Assembly: GCF_009914755.1 (NCBI RefSeq)
Contig: NC_060931.1
Reading direction: 5' to 3' (one strand)
Length of the DNA: 64,000 nucleotides
Source of the DNA: the human T2T-CHM13v2.0 reference genome, Homo sapiens
Both the position numbers and the translations under genes were made by a program. The notes beneath the pieces were generated by a model, which did not search any database, was not told the DNA's origin, and saw nothing but the letters and a program-made list of their open reading frames with translations. Positions within the stretch are counted from its first letter, which is position 1, and every line of letters starts with the position of its first letter. Below are positions 13,401 to 26,615 of the stretch, piece by piece.

Positions 13401-14550
13401 GTGTAGGATTCCTACATGGTCAGTTTGGTTTTAGTTGCCTAGAAATGTGCCCATTTCTCCTAGGTTTTCCAATTTATTGCCCTATAGTTGTTCATAATAG
13501 CCACTAATGATCCTTTGAATGTCTATGAGATCAGTTGTGATGTCTTTTCTCATGTCTGATTTTATTTATTGGGTCTTCTCCCATTTTTTCCTTGTTAGTC
13601 TGGCTAAAGGTTTGTCAATTTTAGACATTTAGGTTGATTCCACTGACACAAAAAGGGGAACAACAGACACTGGGCCTACTTGAGAGCAGAGAGTGGGAAG
13701 AAGGGCAGGATCAGAAAAAATAACTATTGGGTACTAGGCTTAGAACCTAAATGACAAAATAATCTGTACAACAAACTCTTTTGACATGAGTTTACCTATA
13801 TAACAAACCTGCACATGTACCCTTGAACCTAAAATAAAAGTCATTGAGAAAAGATAAAAAAGAAAAGTTGTTTTATTTATTGTTTTTATTGGTTCATCAT
13901 TTAGTCTTTCTACTTAAGATACAAGTGGTTTACACACCACAGTTACAGTGTAATAATATTTTGTGTTTTCCTGTGTACCTACTATTTCTAGTAATTACTG
14001 TATCTTCACTGCTTATTGCTCATTAACATCTTTTATTTCTGATAGAAGAACTCTCTTTAGCATTTCTTATAGGAAGGGTCTGATGATGAAATCCCTCAGT
14101 TTTTTTTTTTTTTTTTTTTGGTCTGGGAAAGTCTGTATTTCTTCTTAATGTTTTAAGAATATATTTGCCTGTTATAGTATTCTAGGGTAACAGTTATTTA
14201 TTATTATTATTATTATTTTGCTTTTTTTCCTTCATCCCTTTAAATATGCCATGCCACTCTCTGCTGGGCTATAAGGTTTCCATTGAAAAGTCTGCTGCTA
14301 GACCTATTGCAGCTCCCATGTTTATTTCCTGTTTCTTTTTTCTTGCTGCTTTTAGGATTATTTCTTTACCCTAGACCTTTAGGATTTTGATTATTAAGTG
14401 CCTTGAGGTAATCTTCTTTGGGTTAAATCTGCTTGATGTTCTATAACCTTCTTGTACTTGGATATTGATATCTTTCTCTAGGTTTCGGAGTTCTCTGTTA
14501 TTATCCCTTTGAATAAACTTGCTATCCCTATCTCTTTCTCTATCACTTAA
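10485..14550 (-). mobile_element. L1MA3-like LINE-1 (3'UTR, ORF2, ORF1 remnant), interrupted at 13623-13866 by a younger L1
   Basis: Antisense L1MA 3'UTR from ~10485; ORF2 homology in ORFs 11438..11644 and 12002..12214; ORF1p-like LEKDINIQVQEGYRTSSRFNPKKITSRHLIIK in ORF 14371..14649. Confidence 0.88.
13623..13866 (+). mobile_element. Short L1PA13-16-type 3' end with a ~20-bp inverted 5' piece
   Basis: gggtactaggcttag...aatctgtacaacaaac...cttgaacctaaaataaaag 3'UTR; 13624-13642 gacatttaggttgattcca is antisense L1 ORF2 end (tggaatcaacctaaatgtc). Confidence 0.85.
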
Positions 14551-14629
14551 GGGTAGCCTCAGCTGATGTTTATGCTGTTTACATGGGATGACACTCTGAG
14601 AGTCACTTTTGTAAAGAATAGCATGTTTT

Positions 14630-14825
14630 AATAAGGAAGAAGAGATCATTCCATTTAAAATGATGCTGAGACATCAAGTAAGATGAACAGAAGATTGTTC
14701 ATTCACCTTAGCAAGATCACTTGTGGTCTTCATAAGAGCCATTTTAGTAGAATGGGTTGGAGACATAATGAAGTATAGTAGAGTGAACACAACAAGCCTA
14801 AATAATTCTTTCAAGAAGTAGCTTT
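14630..14825 (-). mobile_element. L2 fragment
   Basis: gctgagacatcaagtaagatga...cataagagccattttagtagaatgg resembles antisense L2. Confidence 0.6.
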
Positions 14826-15144
14826 TAAAAAATATTAAAATTGCTTATATCCTTTGGGCAGTGAGAGAAGATATACTCCAGAGCGCAACTGGCAGGTTTT
14901 CCCTTAGAACAGAAAAGAGAATTCCCACATGATATTAGAGAAGAAAAATAAAGTTGGTCATACACGATGAGGTCATCAACTCCATCACCAGAGAAGGAAT
15001 TTTAAAAAAATTACTGGAAAGAAGGGTAAGTTATTTTCTAGAGTATCTACTAGGCTTTTCTGGCAATAATGGATGCCTATTTGAGATTTGTGATTATAAA
15101 TTTAAAGGGAGACCAGGTAGAGCTGGAAGCCAGTATTGGCTATT

Positions 15145-15245
15145 AAGTTAACATTGCAACTCTCAAGTCAGAACATTTGAATTCAAATCTTGCTTCTATC
15201 ACTTATTAGTTGTGTGACCTTGGGCCAATTAGTTAACCACTTAAA
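15145..15245. mobile_element. MIR fragment
   Basis: MIR core: ttcaaatcttgcttctatcacttattagttgtgtgaccttgggc. Confidence 0.75.
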
Positions 15246-15827
15246 AGGCAAACTGCGTTTTATAATATTAATTTAGATGAGAACATGTCAACATTTGATG
15301 GTCTAAATACTACTGTGTTAAACAATTTATTGTTCTACTCTAGGTAGATAATGAGTGCCATGTCTCACTTTAATGCTAGGCCTATAGCAGACTTGCCTGA
15401 GTCTGATCAAACAAGTAGTGGCCCCGTGACTATAATGTAGTAAGTATTGTGTTTGTTCCTAAAACATTGGGACTCAATCTAGGAAAAAACACAATACGAA
15501 GAAGCTTGTGTTCTTGATTTTGTGAAACACTCTCATCCCTGCTTTTATGGTTGCTTTGGTTTTGTGCCATTAGAAAAAACGAGGTCAGATAATGAAAAAA
15601 AAAAGAGTCACACGTCTTGGGTAGTTTAATCAATTATTTGTTAAACATCTTTTCTTCAGTGAAGGTTCTCCAGTGAGCATTAAATGTAATTAAAGTATTT
15701 TCAAACTTGGGATAATTATTGGAGTAAATTTCATGATCTTTCCCAAATCTTCATTATTATCTAATATTTCTGTCTTGCTACTTCCAAATCACCGACCCAC
15801 TAGTCAAACTAGTCAAACTTACTAGGA

Positions 15828-17392
15828 CAGTCAGCTTCATCGGCATGTGCTCTGTACAGTCACACAGAACCCCATGCTGAGAAGGGTTCCTGCTTTGTTA
15901 ATGCTTTGCTTTCACCATCTTGAAATTCTTTAGACTTGAGTTTTCTAAGTGAAGCCTGATGGAACATTATAGCCTGCATGTAAACAGAGGGGACACACTG
16001 GGTGTCAGTGCAAACACATGGCAATGGTCCAGCAGCAGTCAACCCATGCTAGCTCAAGCTTGTGGGACCAGTGGGAAGGACGAATGCGTAGCAATTGGCA
16101 ATGCATGCAAGCAAATGCCTTGGGGATGTTTGTGGTACCATGGGGCTTCAAGGGGGCTGCCAAAGCAGGACCTGCTCCCAGATAGGAAGCAGCAATGGCT
16201 ACAGAAGCAACAAAAATGGCAGTGGCAGTAGCCACAGGAGGAAAAGAGGCTGTGCTTGTAGTGTCAGGACATGTGGTGGAGGCTGGCTAGCTTGTCTGTT
16301 TCCAGAGCCTGTGCCTGAGGCATCTTTAAAGATATTAACTCTCCAGTTTGAGTGCTGGCAGTCAAGAAGCAAACTATATCAGTAAATTATTACAAAATAA
16401 AAGTTTATTCTGAATGTCATAATGAAGACTACTGGGATTCCTAGAAAGAACACTTCTAAGCGATTAGAATCTCCAGTATTAATAACTGACACAGCGTTGC
16501 AAATTAAATATACACAGGCTTAAATATAGAAATGACATTTAAACATTGAAATATTGGAAAAGAACACTATTTTTATATGAGATTTGGGATACAGTGATAT
16601 ATTTCATAAACAGGCATTTTGAATTATGTACAAATCATGAAGTTGCTCTCTTCAGAAGAAAGTTGCTTTCTTCATAGAAGTGTTTCTTCTATGACCTCCA
16701 CAGTTATAGGAATTATCAGAGGAAACATTAAAATGTTTTTGCATAAATTCTCATTTAAATTAAATTCAGACTTACACAAAACTGACTTCTATGAAGAGTT
16801 AAATCTTTTTAGAAGAAATGTGAGAAATATCAGGTCTAGAGGTACTAAAATATATATTTCAAAATGATTTGTCAAAAACATTTCATCCCTGTCACACCTT
16901 ATGAAATACTCTCAATAGTTCCAGAAATTTTCAGCAACAGAAAAAAATTTCTTCTCAAAATTAAAAACTATCAAAATTATTTGAGATCTTGCATTTATCA
17001 AGAGCAACTGAAGTTATTTTCAATCATATAAATTGTAAATAAAGTGGTGATAACTATAAATTTTGATAATTTACCAAGCAAATTTATAGAAAAATGAGAA
17101 AAAAATCTTATGGTCAATAAATATTTTACAGTGAGAAGTTATTGTTATTTATGGCATTATACATAGAAAAACTGTAAAATGTGTAAAAATTGCTACAACT
17201 ATAAAACATATTTACAATTTATAAATTAATATTGTTTCTCACGTATCACCGGTATACCTATTATGTTTTATCAGTAACAAATTGTTTTAAAGAAGAATGT
17301 TACATTTTTGCATATTTAATAATGAGGTACTAAGCAAACAGTCCCACATTTTTATTTTGCACTGGGCAGTACAAATTATGTAGTGTAACTTG
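15828..17392 (+). mobile_element. MER45R-like hAT-Tip100 DNA transposon (~1.56 kb) with transposase C-terminal remnant
   Basis: MER45 left end (gcttcatcggcatgtgctctgtacagtcacacag) and right end (cccacatttttattttgcactgggc...aaattatgtag); FFSKLKTIK/YLRS hAT dimerisation-domain motif at ~16949-16989. Confidence 0.8.
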
Positions 17393-17773
17393 CCAACTAC
17401 CTATAAATTATTGCAAATCCTACCTCTAGTTAACCTCCTACTCAGGCAGAGTAAACCTTGAAATGTAATGTTTAAAGATCTACTGTTGGGAGAATCTTTT
17501 GTTTATTTCTTAAGTGCCCCTGAGAAGGAATGTCTTTCACTGCCCACACAGACTCATCCAGGAAATATTTCCAATCTTTGGGTGTAGATGCCAGATTTTA
17601 TATCATTGATAACACCTCACCATATTAATTAATGTTGGATGTTTAAAAGCTATCAGGGTAGCCAGTCCATAAGGTATTCAGTGAATTATGCCAGGGCATT
17701 TAATAACACAAAAGGGCCAATTAGATCCAATTTTTAGTTTTGATTTCATCATTTTAGAGTTGTATGATCTTGG

Positions 17774-18145
<372 letters not shown>

Positions 18146-19924
18146 TCAGATATCTTTTGAACTCCCTTTTAACTACAAAATTTTATATAACAAAAGTAAA
18201 TACTTCAAATCACAATGATGGTCAACTTCTCAAACATAAATGCGATAACCAGAAAAATAGAGAATTATAATTTTAAAGCAAAATTAATAATAACTTAAAT
18301 AGTGGAAGGTGTCATTACCTACATACTCCTGGATTGTATCACAGAATCAGTACAGATCAGCTTTATATAATTAAGTGGTCTGGTTTTACCGAAGAGTTCC
18401 CATTTTGGCTGAATAAAAATAGCAGCATAAACCAGGGTATAACATTGACAAACTTAGTTACAACATTTTTTTTCTTTTTTAGACACTCTACAATTTGGCC
18501 TGTGTTCCCTAACCCATAATCTCATTTCTTTGTTTTCTTTTTTCACTTCTATATGTTGGATTTACACTATATTTCAGAGAGCATATTACCAGGTATCAAA
18601 ATAGAGGGTTTTTTTCAATTAAATTTAGAAAACCTTTCTGAAGCCTAGTATTCTCGTATTAAGAAAGCCATGTATTCAAGAAATTTCCTGATTTATCTTT
18701 ACAGCAACATGAAAAATGCATTTGTTTTACCAAAAATAAAGCAACCAGTCGTTAGAAAGAAGTAAGTATTTTCTTGTTCCCAAAGTGTCACAGGTCATTA
18801 ACTGAGTGGCTAATTGACAGGTATGGTATAGTGTTGTCTGTTCTTAAGCAAATAAGCTTATTCTTCAGTGAAGAGCCCTAAATAGTGTGTTGTGATTGCT
18901 TAGTGTGATGGAAATGAACAGCCCTGAGTAATTGATTGCAGTGTTCACAATGCCTGTTTGTTTTTAGTATTCTTTGCAATCTCTGGATCTGTTTATTCTG
19001 GGCCTACTCATTCCTTGGTCCCAGACACTCTGCTGGTTTTTGAACAGAGTTCAGACTGTTCTTTGTAACACAGCCTTACAAACAAGGATGAGGAGATGTG
19101 CAATAGCCTGGTGTTGATCTGAAACTTCTGAAGGATTCTGTTCAATACTTGGCACACTGCACAGACTTTGAGCAAATAAATGGATTTCAGATCAGTCTTC
19201 CACTTCTTAATTTGACTTCATAAAATGGAGGAAACCATGTGGATGAAATTAGGAAATTTAGATTAGAACAAGAAATTATTCTGGAATGGAAGGCATGCTA
19301 TGCTCTAGAGTCCTCTTTTAGATAGGATGTTGGCCAGAAACCTTACTAAAACTAAAAGGGAAATGCTTAGTCATTTCCCCATCTTAAACTGCATACTATG
19401 TTAAAACAAGAGAAAAACAAACCTTCCCTAAATTCGGTCAAATGATAATTTACAAAATTGTTTAATAGAAATCAGTGACAAAATTAATACTTCACAAATG
19501 TATATCATGCAAAATGAATCAACTATATAGCATTTATTTTTATTTTAGAATAAAAAGTTCAGAATCATATTATCCAAATTATTTTTATACATACTCTGTT
19601 TAAAACTTGAAAAATGTAATTAGCAATTTATCATTGATACTGTCATCTTTCTAAATATCTTCCAGTTTAACAGGCTTTATTGATGAAAGCATTGACTGTT
19701 TTTATTTCACAATGCAGTCATATGGAACGATTATTATTATTTATGCTTTTTTAGAAGTCACATGAAAATAAAAATGTACTCATCAATATTGTTTCTCAGC
19801 TTATCAGCTACAAAATAGCTAGCAAAAATCGAAAAATTTTATTACCATCGTCAACATTAACTTACTGTAGATTGAAATTTGGGTCATTTAAAAATCATTT
19901 TTTTAAAAAAATATTTTAATTACT

Positions 19925-20608
19925 TCATTTTAAATTAATGTATAATAATTGTACATATTTATGGGGTACATAATGATATTTCAATACATGTTATGTGTAA
20001 TGATCAGATTAGTGTAGTTAGCATATCCGTCATCTCAAACATTTATTATTGCTTTATGTTGGGAACATTCAATATCCATCTTCTAGCTATTTGAAACTAT
20101 GTAACATATTATTGTAAACTAAAATCATCCTACAGTGGTATAGAAAAATAGAACTTATTTGCCCTTTCTTGCTGTAATTTTGTATTCTTTTAAAAATCTC
20201 CCTATCCACTTTTACCCCTTACCCTATCCAGCCTCTGTTCTACTTTTTACTTCTCTGAGATCAACTTTTCTAAGCTTCCACATGTTAGTGAAAATACGAG
20301 GTGTTTAACTTTCTGTTCTTGGGTTATTTCACTTAACAGTATGTCCTCTGGTTCCATTCATGTTACCACAAATGACAGAATTTTATTAATTTTTATGGCT
20401 GAATTGTATTTTATTGTCTATGTATGCCACATTTTTTGTCCAGTCATCCGCTGTGGAACAGCACAGTCGATTCTCTATCTTGGCTTTTGAGAATAGTGCT
20501 GCAATAAACATGGGGGTGCAGATGTATCTTTAATATACTGATTTTCTTTCATTTGGATAAATGTCCGGTGGGATTGCTGGGTGACATGGTAGTTGTATTT
20601 GTAGTTTA
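19925..20608 (-). mobile_element. L1MA (MA5-7-like) 3' end
   Basis: aattgtacatatttatggggtaca...ctagctatttgaaa...gtgctgcaataaacatggggg antisense L1MA 3'UTR/ORF2 end. Confidence 0.85.
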
Positions 20609-20727
20609 AAAATATTAATTCTGCATGTTGCTATTTCTATATAGTTTGTATTTAATTGACCTTTATATATAGTTAATTTCTTGGATCCAAGAAGGTTAAA
20701 CCTGAAACAATCAAAAAACTTAATAGC

Positions 20728-21473
<746 letters not shown>

Positions 21474-22124
21474 ATCGCACCATGTCATATATATAATGTG
21501 CATGATACGTATTAAAACATATATGCACGTTTATAACTCATATTTTTATCTCTTTATCACACATACTATATATGTATATATGAGTGTATGCAAATGCATG
21601 GACAGAGAACATTTTTAACAGTGGTGGTGAGAGTATATGAGAGGGATTGTTAAAGGGTTGTGTTCATCTTTAACATTCTAATTTGTAAAAGGACAAATTA
21701 ATAACCACTTATGGAATTTAATTATAAAGAAAATAATAAACTTTAACTTTGAACTTGTGTTGAAGTTGTTATTATATTTCATCTGAAAAATTACAAAAGT
21801 TTCCTCCTGGTTTTCCTTTATTTAAAATCTCACATAATTTATTATTTCTCCACTAGTAGAAATCCTATTAACACTTCAAGAACTAATCCTTACCCTAACA
21901 CTGATAAGTAAAAGTAGTTATTCCTTTGATTTTTGGTATAAAACTTAAAAACTTGATATTTTATAGGGATAGTTTGGTACATTTTTGTGTCACTTACTAG
22001 AGTGCGAGCTTCTTGGTATGAGAGAGTTTTCTGCAAACATAATATTTATCATTTTGCTTTATAAAAACAGGGATGTTTTAATTATTTTTTGAATTTTACA
22101 ATATACTGACTAAATGGAGGCTAA

Positions 22125-22330
22125 TACCACAGCATTCAGGAGCATATATTTTGGCACTGGACAGATTTGGACTTTTATTTCAGCTCTGACAGTTACTTGT
22201 TCTGTGATCTTGGGCAAATAACCTAAACATGTATCATTTAAATAATGGCACTGAGCTCAAAGGTTTATTGTTGACATTTAATGTGAAATGCATATACAAT
22301 TTTTTTGGCACCCTGTTCTTAGTGTTAGCT
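22125..22330. mobile_element. MIR
   Basis: cagctctgacagttacttgttctgtgatcttgggcaaataacctaa core. Confidence 0.65.
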
Positions 22331-22529
22331 TTTATATAAATACATTTTTGTTTCTTGTATCAAGTAGGTCTATAGATTTTAACTGGCAGAAGATCTTCAT
22401 CCAGAAACTAAGACTCTACAGCACTATATTAAGATCCATGATGAAGCAAGTAGGCTGGGCACGTTTGAATAACATAAATGGAAATACTAGGGGCAGTGAT
22501 TATCTGGTAATGCAGGTGCTCATCTCATG

Positions 22530-22549
22530 GTGATTGTGGAATAATAATT

Positions 22550-22614
<65 letters not shown>

Positions 22615-23115
22615 TATATAGAGACAAATATATAGATGCATATGTCTTAAAACCCTTAAAAATCTCTGTAGTTACAGGGGTGGTGGGAATCTTTTGTTCT
22701 GTTACTTAATCTTTGCTCCTGGTTCCTGTCACAGGGCTTCTAAATCCCTTGGAATTTCCTAGGTGATAGTGACATATTTTGTTCTAATGAGCTGAATCTT
22801 GATAGGCTCCTAGATAAAGCTTCAGGATAGAAAGACAAAAGCATAATAAGAAACTTAGAACTTACAGCTGGACAGAAGTGTTGGTAATCTGGGGAGCCAC
22901 TACTCATGGTTGGTGTTTGAAGAAGGAGGTAGTATTGTGGTCTGAGCCCTTAACCTGGGGATTCTGCCCTAACTCCAGGGAGTTTGTGCCATAATAGAAT
23001 TGTATGACACGCAGTTGATGTCTGAAGAGTTGTAGAACTGGTTAGTCTGGGTAAAACTGGCACATCTGGTGTCAGAAGTAGTGAATGTAATAAAGAAAAG
23101 AGTTTGTTTTTTCTG
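22530..23115. mobile_element. MER21-family LTR containing a (TA)n expansion
   Basis: cctggttcctgtcacagggcttctaaatcccttggaatttcct; ctgagcccttaacctgggg; cacatctggtgtcagaagt. Confidence 0.75.
22553..22606. repeat. (TA)n microsatellite, about 26 units
   Basis: Pure tatata run, directly visible. Confidence 0.98.
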
Positions 23116-23429
23116 TATAGTGATTTACCCACATAAACATTGACAGTGTGTTTCTCTCTCTCTCTCCTTGTTTTGACCTCTACTGGTACTGTTTTAATCC
23201 TAAATTCCGTGTGATTGACTTTTTTTTTTTTATTTTTTGATGGCTTCTTTATGCCAGCTCCTGATTTTGCTTACCTGATATCCACAGACCATCTGATTGT
23301 TTATCCTGTTTACCCCACTTTTGCTTGAAAATGTGGCTACATACTTGAACTTGGAACATGTTCTCTTTTAGAATCTGCAGCTGGAGAAGGATGTGTAGAA
23401 AGATCTGAGAGAGAAGGCAAAGATGGCAA

Positions 23430-23635
23430 ATAGTCTGGAAACATTGTTAAATGAAGAACAGTTGTGGAAAAAGCTAGAAAAGAAACAAAATACTAAGAGA
23501 CATTAGCAATAGTTTTTAAATATTTGAAGAATTGGCATGCAGATTCTGGAGTGAACTTTATTTCCTGGAGATCAAAGCAAATAGTAATGGTTGAAAGATA
23601 GAGAATGAATAGAAATTAATTTCAATATAAGATTC
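23430..23635 (+). mobile_element. L3/CR1 fragment
   Basis: ctggaaacattgttaaatgaagaacagttg...tttttaaatatttgaagaattggcatg...tcaatataaga matches the CR1/L3 3' region. Confidence 0.65.
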
Positions 23636-24599
23636 TTTACACATATTTAAATATCTCTCTTTACATTTTTTTGCACTTGCTTTGTTAAATGCATCTGATA
23701 CATTCTGTCAACTAAGATGCCAGAAGCAGATGGAGTATGATGTGAGTAATCTTGAGAAGCGATTGTAACGACCACCCATTTCAAGCACACAGCATCTGCA
23801 GATGCTCTGTTACAGCTGCCAGCCCTACCTTACATATGATGCATTGGACTCCAAAAACACAACAGAACCTGTACTCCTGATGTGAAAACGAATGCTATTT
23901 GGGCCCTTTTTCAACTAGGGGCCATGTATGCCTCTCCCTGTTCTTCCTTCCTAAAGTCTCTTCTTTCCTCACAGAATTTTATCTCCATCTTCAGGCATTC
24001 TCCCATTTCCCGCCTTTTGCTGTCAAGTACTAGTGACCGAGTGTTTTGTTGGAAAGCATAGTTGCTATTCCTCGGACTCTGGAATTTTAAATGGTATCTT
24101 CCTTTTCCTTATGGTGGCTCATTGAATGGTCCATCCTCTAAGCATTTTTGGTAATCCCTCTTTTGAGTACAGCATCCAAATTTCTGGTCTTCATGAAAAA
24201 GCCTTCTAGGATAGCTTTCAGATAATATAATTATGGGAAACACACAAAAAAACTGATTGCTTTAATTAAAACATTTCAGCAAAGGCTGAATGCTGTAACT
24301 ACTAGGGATACTGCAATGCTTACCTTAGCAGGAAATTGAAATATGAAATTTGTATATCTATAGGAAACCTCCTGGACCCACTTCAAATTCTCTTTGTCTG
24401 AACTCTTATTTTAGACATTTCTTTATTGACAAGTCCCAGAAGTCTTCATTCACGTAGGTATAACATGGATGTGCCTTGACTCAGACTTCAGCCTCAGTCC
24501 CCTCACTTCTTCCCGTTGGTCTTCACTGATACTGCAACATGGGACAGCCAGGGGAATGTAGTTGGCACATTTTCCAGCACATCTATAGGGAATGGGGGT

Positions 24600-24985
24600 T
24601 ATTATTCCATTAGACAGCTCTCGATGCTAAGACTCAATATGGCACCGTTCCTCCCAAAAACCAACCACTTGGCAGTGTGTGGATGACCATCATATCCCTT
24701 CCATCCTAGAAAGATAAGTAATTCATTCTTAATATAAATAACACAAAAGCCAGATATGGGTTCTATTTCTCTGTGTACAGTGCATCTACAAGCATCATCA
24801 TCTATATGCCTGCTTTACCAGCATAGTATATAGCACAATATTGTCTCATATCAACTCTCCCATTTTATGTCAATAGAGATGCAATAATAGGCATGAAACT
24901 ATGGGATCTGCTGGTCTAAAGTACACTCTGTCACTCCAAAGCAACTGGTCTGATGAAATGATGAAATAGTCTGTTATTATAAATA
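24600..24985 (+). pseudogene. ERVL (HERV16/ERVL-E type) pol integrase remnant
   Basis: Colinear degenerate motifs QYGTVP (~24635), RYGF (~24752), YGICWS (~24900), ATGLMK (~24940) follow ERVL integrase RYGTIP...SGYGF...HGIHWS...AAGLIE; multiple stops. Confidence 0.75.
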
Positions 24986-25009
24986 ACCTGTTATCCTTTG
25001 AAATATAAA

Positions 25010-25408
25010 ATATATTTCTATAAAGACAGCACCAAATCTCGAGCCCACTCTGTATAAGTCTGTCCCAAGGCTGCTCTGTCCAAGCACTCAAAATATGCAA
25101 ATAGAGAGTGTGAGGAAATTAATATCTCATGGAGCATTATTTTAACATAAGGATAGAAACTGATAAATAAGTATTATTCCTTTTTTTTCTGCCAAGTAAG
25201 CGTTCGTGAGGTTTCTTATATGGTCTTAAGAAATCAAGTACCTTGTTTTCATAGCAATGGTCAATTTGATAGCATTGAGTCTCTCCACATTTCTGATTTC
25301 CTTGTCTCATCCTTCACTCTTGGTCTCTGGGATTTCTCTCTCAAATAAACTAGTCATACATAATCCTTTGTCTCAGGCACTACCTTCTGAGAAACACAGG
25401 ATAAGAAA
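25010..25408 (+). mobile_element. LTR16-family ERVL LTR (3' of the integrase remnant)
   Basis: ctctgggatttctctctcaaataaacta...aatcctttgtctcaggcactaccttctgagaaacacaggataaga terminus. Confidence 0.7.
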
Positions 25409-26069
25409 TACTTAAAGTCCCTACCAATATTGGCAATGTATCTATTTCTCTAATGGTAATTGCACTCTAAATCTGGCCAACTTTTCCATAATAGCCCAGC
25501 AGAAAGATCCTGGGCTCCTTATTCTGAAAGGAGCTGTCACTATTTGCTTTTGATCGAAAGGCCAAGAGGGTACAGTAATAACCTATTTTTAGTCCGTGGC
25601 TTAATGTGTACAGTTTTGTGCTATTAATCATTTGAAAGACAAAATAAAACTGAATCAAAATGGCATGATTAACCCAACAGTGCCAAGTTTAGGTATTAGT
25701 ATTTGACAATAAGGACATGCAATAGAAATATTTGGCAATGGTTGTTGCTGTGGGTTTATGCAGATGAGAATGGACAAGTTTTCTCTGAGGCCATGAAAAC
25801 CACAACATCATTATTATAACAAAAATAACATTAGACAAAGGGTCTTGAGGATTGTATCTGACTTACTGTGAAGAAATTAAGACATTTTTAATCCTTAAAT
25901 ATTGTTTTATTCTTTAATCAAATATAAGAGCATGAGAAATTCTGCCACTTAATCTTCTGATGTGATTAAGCTTAGTCTGTTTTGTGAGTGCTACCATGAC
26001 AGATGATGACTAGACTTGTAGATTTTGGCTACTGATACACCTAACTGGTTTGCTGTCAGTTGAGGTGAG

Positions 26070-26615
26070 TTACTCTATTATATTCAGATGAGAGCTGGGT
26101 ACTTAGGATTGCCACTTTTAACTACCATTTCCTCCTACTTGCAGAGGTTAAAAAGCTAAAACACAAAATTTCCCAGAGTCCTTTCCTGGTTCTAAATGTA
26201 AAATGCGTTTTGCTCATTGGATATATTTGATGAAATTTTGGAAGGCAAAAATGAGGTTACACTTAGCTTCCTGTGGCTCTTGACTATCACAGCAAGCTAG
26301 CAGTATAGATTTATGGGGCTTCCCCACAGTGGTATTCTAATGTCCCCTCCCCAGCTTCCTAAGTATAATAGATACTTACAGAATGATAGTGGTTGTTTCT
26401 TGCTCTCAGTATAGCCTCAGAAGAGTAACTGCTATAGTGGTTCAATGCTGTATTATTTATGGAGATATTCAAGGAAGTCATGCATTCCAGGAGCCTATTT
26501 TTTTTTTTAGCAATTATAATGACTTCCTAAGCGGTTTAATTCCTTGAGTCAAATATCTTGCTGCTTAGAATGTCCAGAATGGCTTCTATTTTCTTCCCTG
26601 GTCCCTAATGGATGA
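26070..26615. mobile_element. LTR33-like ERVL LTR
   Basis: aaaagctaaaacacaaaatttcccagagtcc; ttaattccttg...tgctgcttagaatgtccagaatggcttctatttt. Confidence 0.6.
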
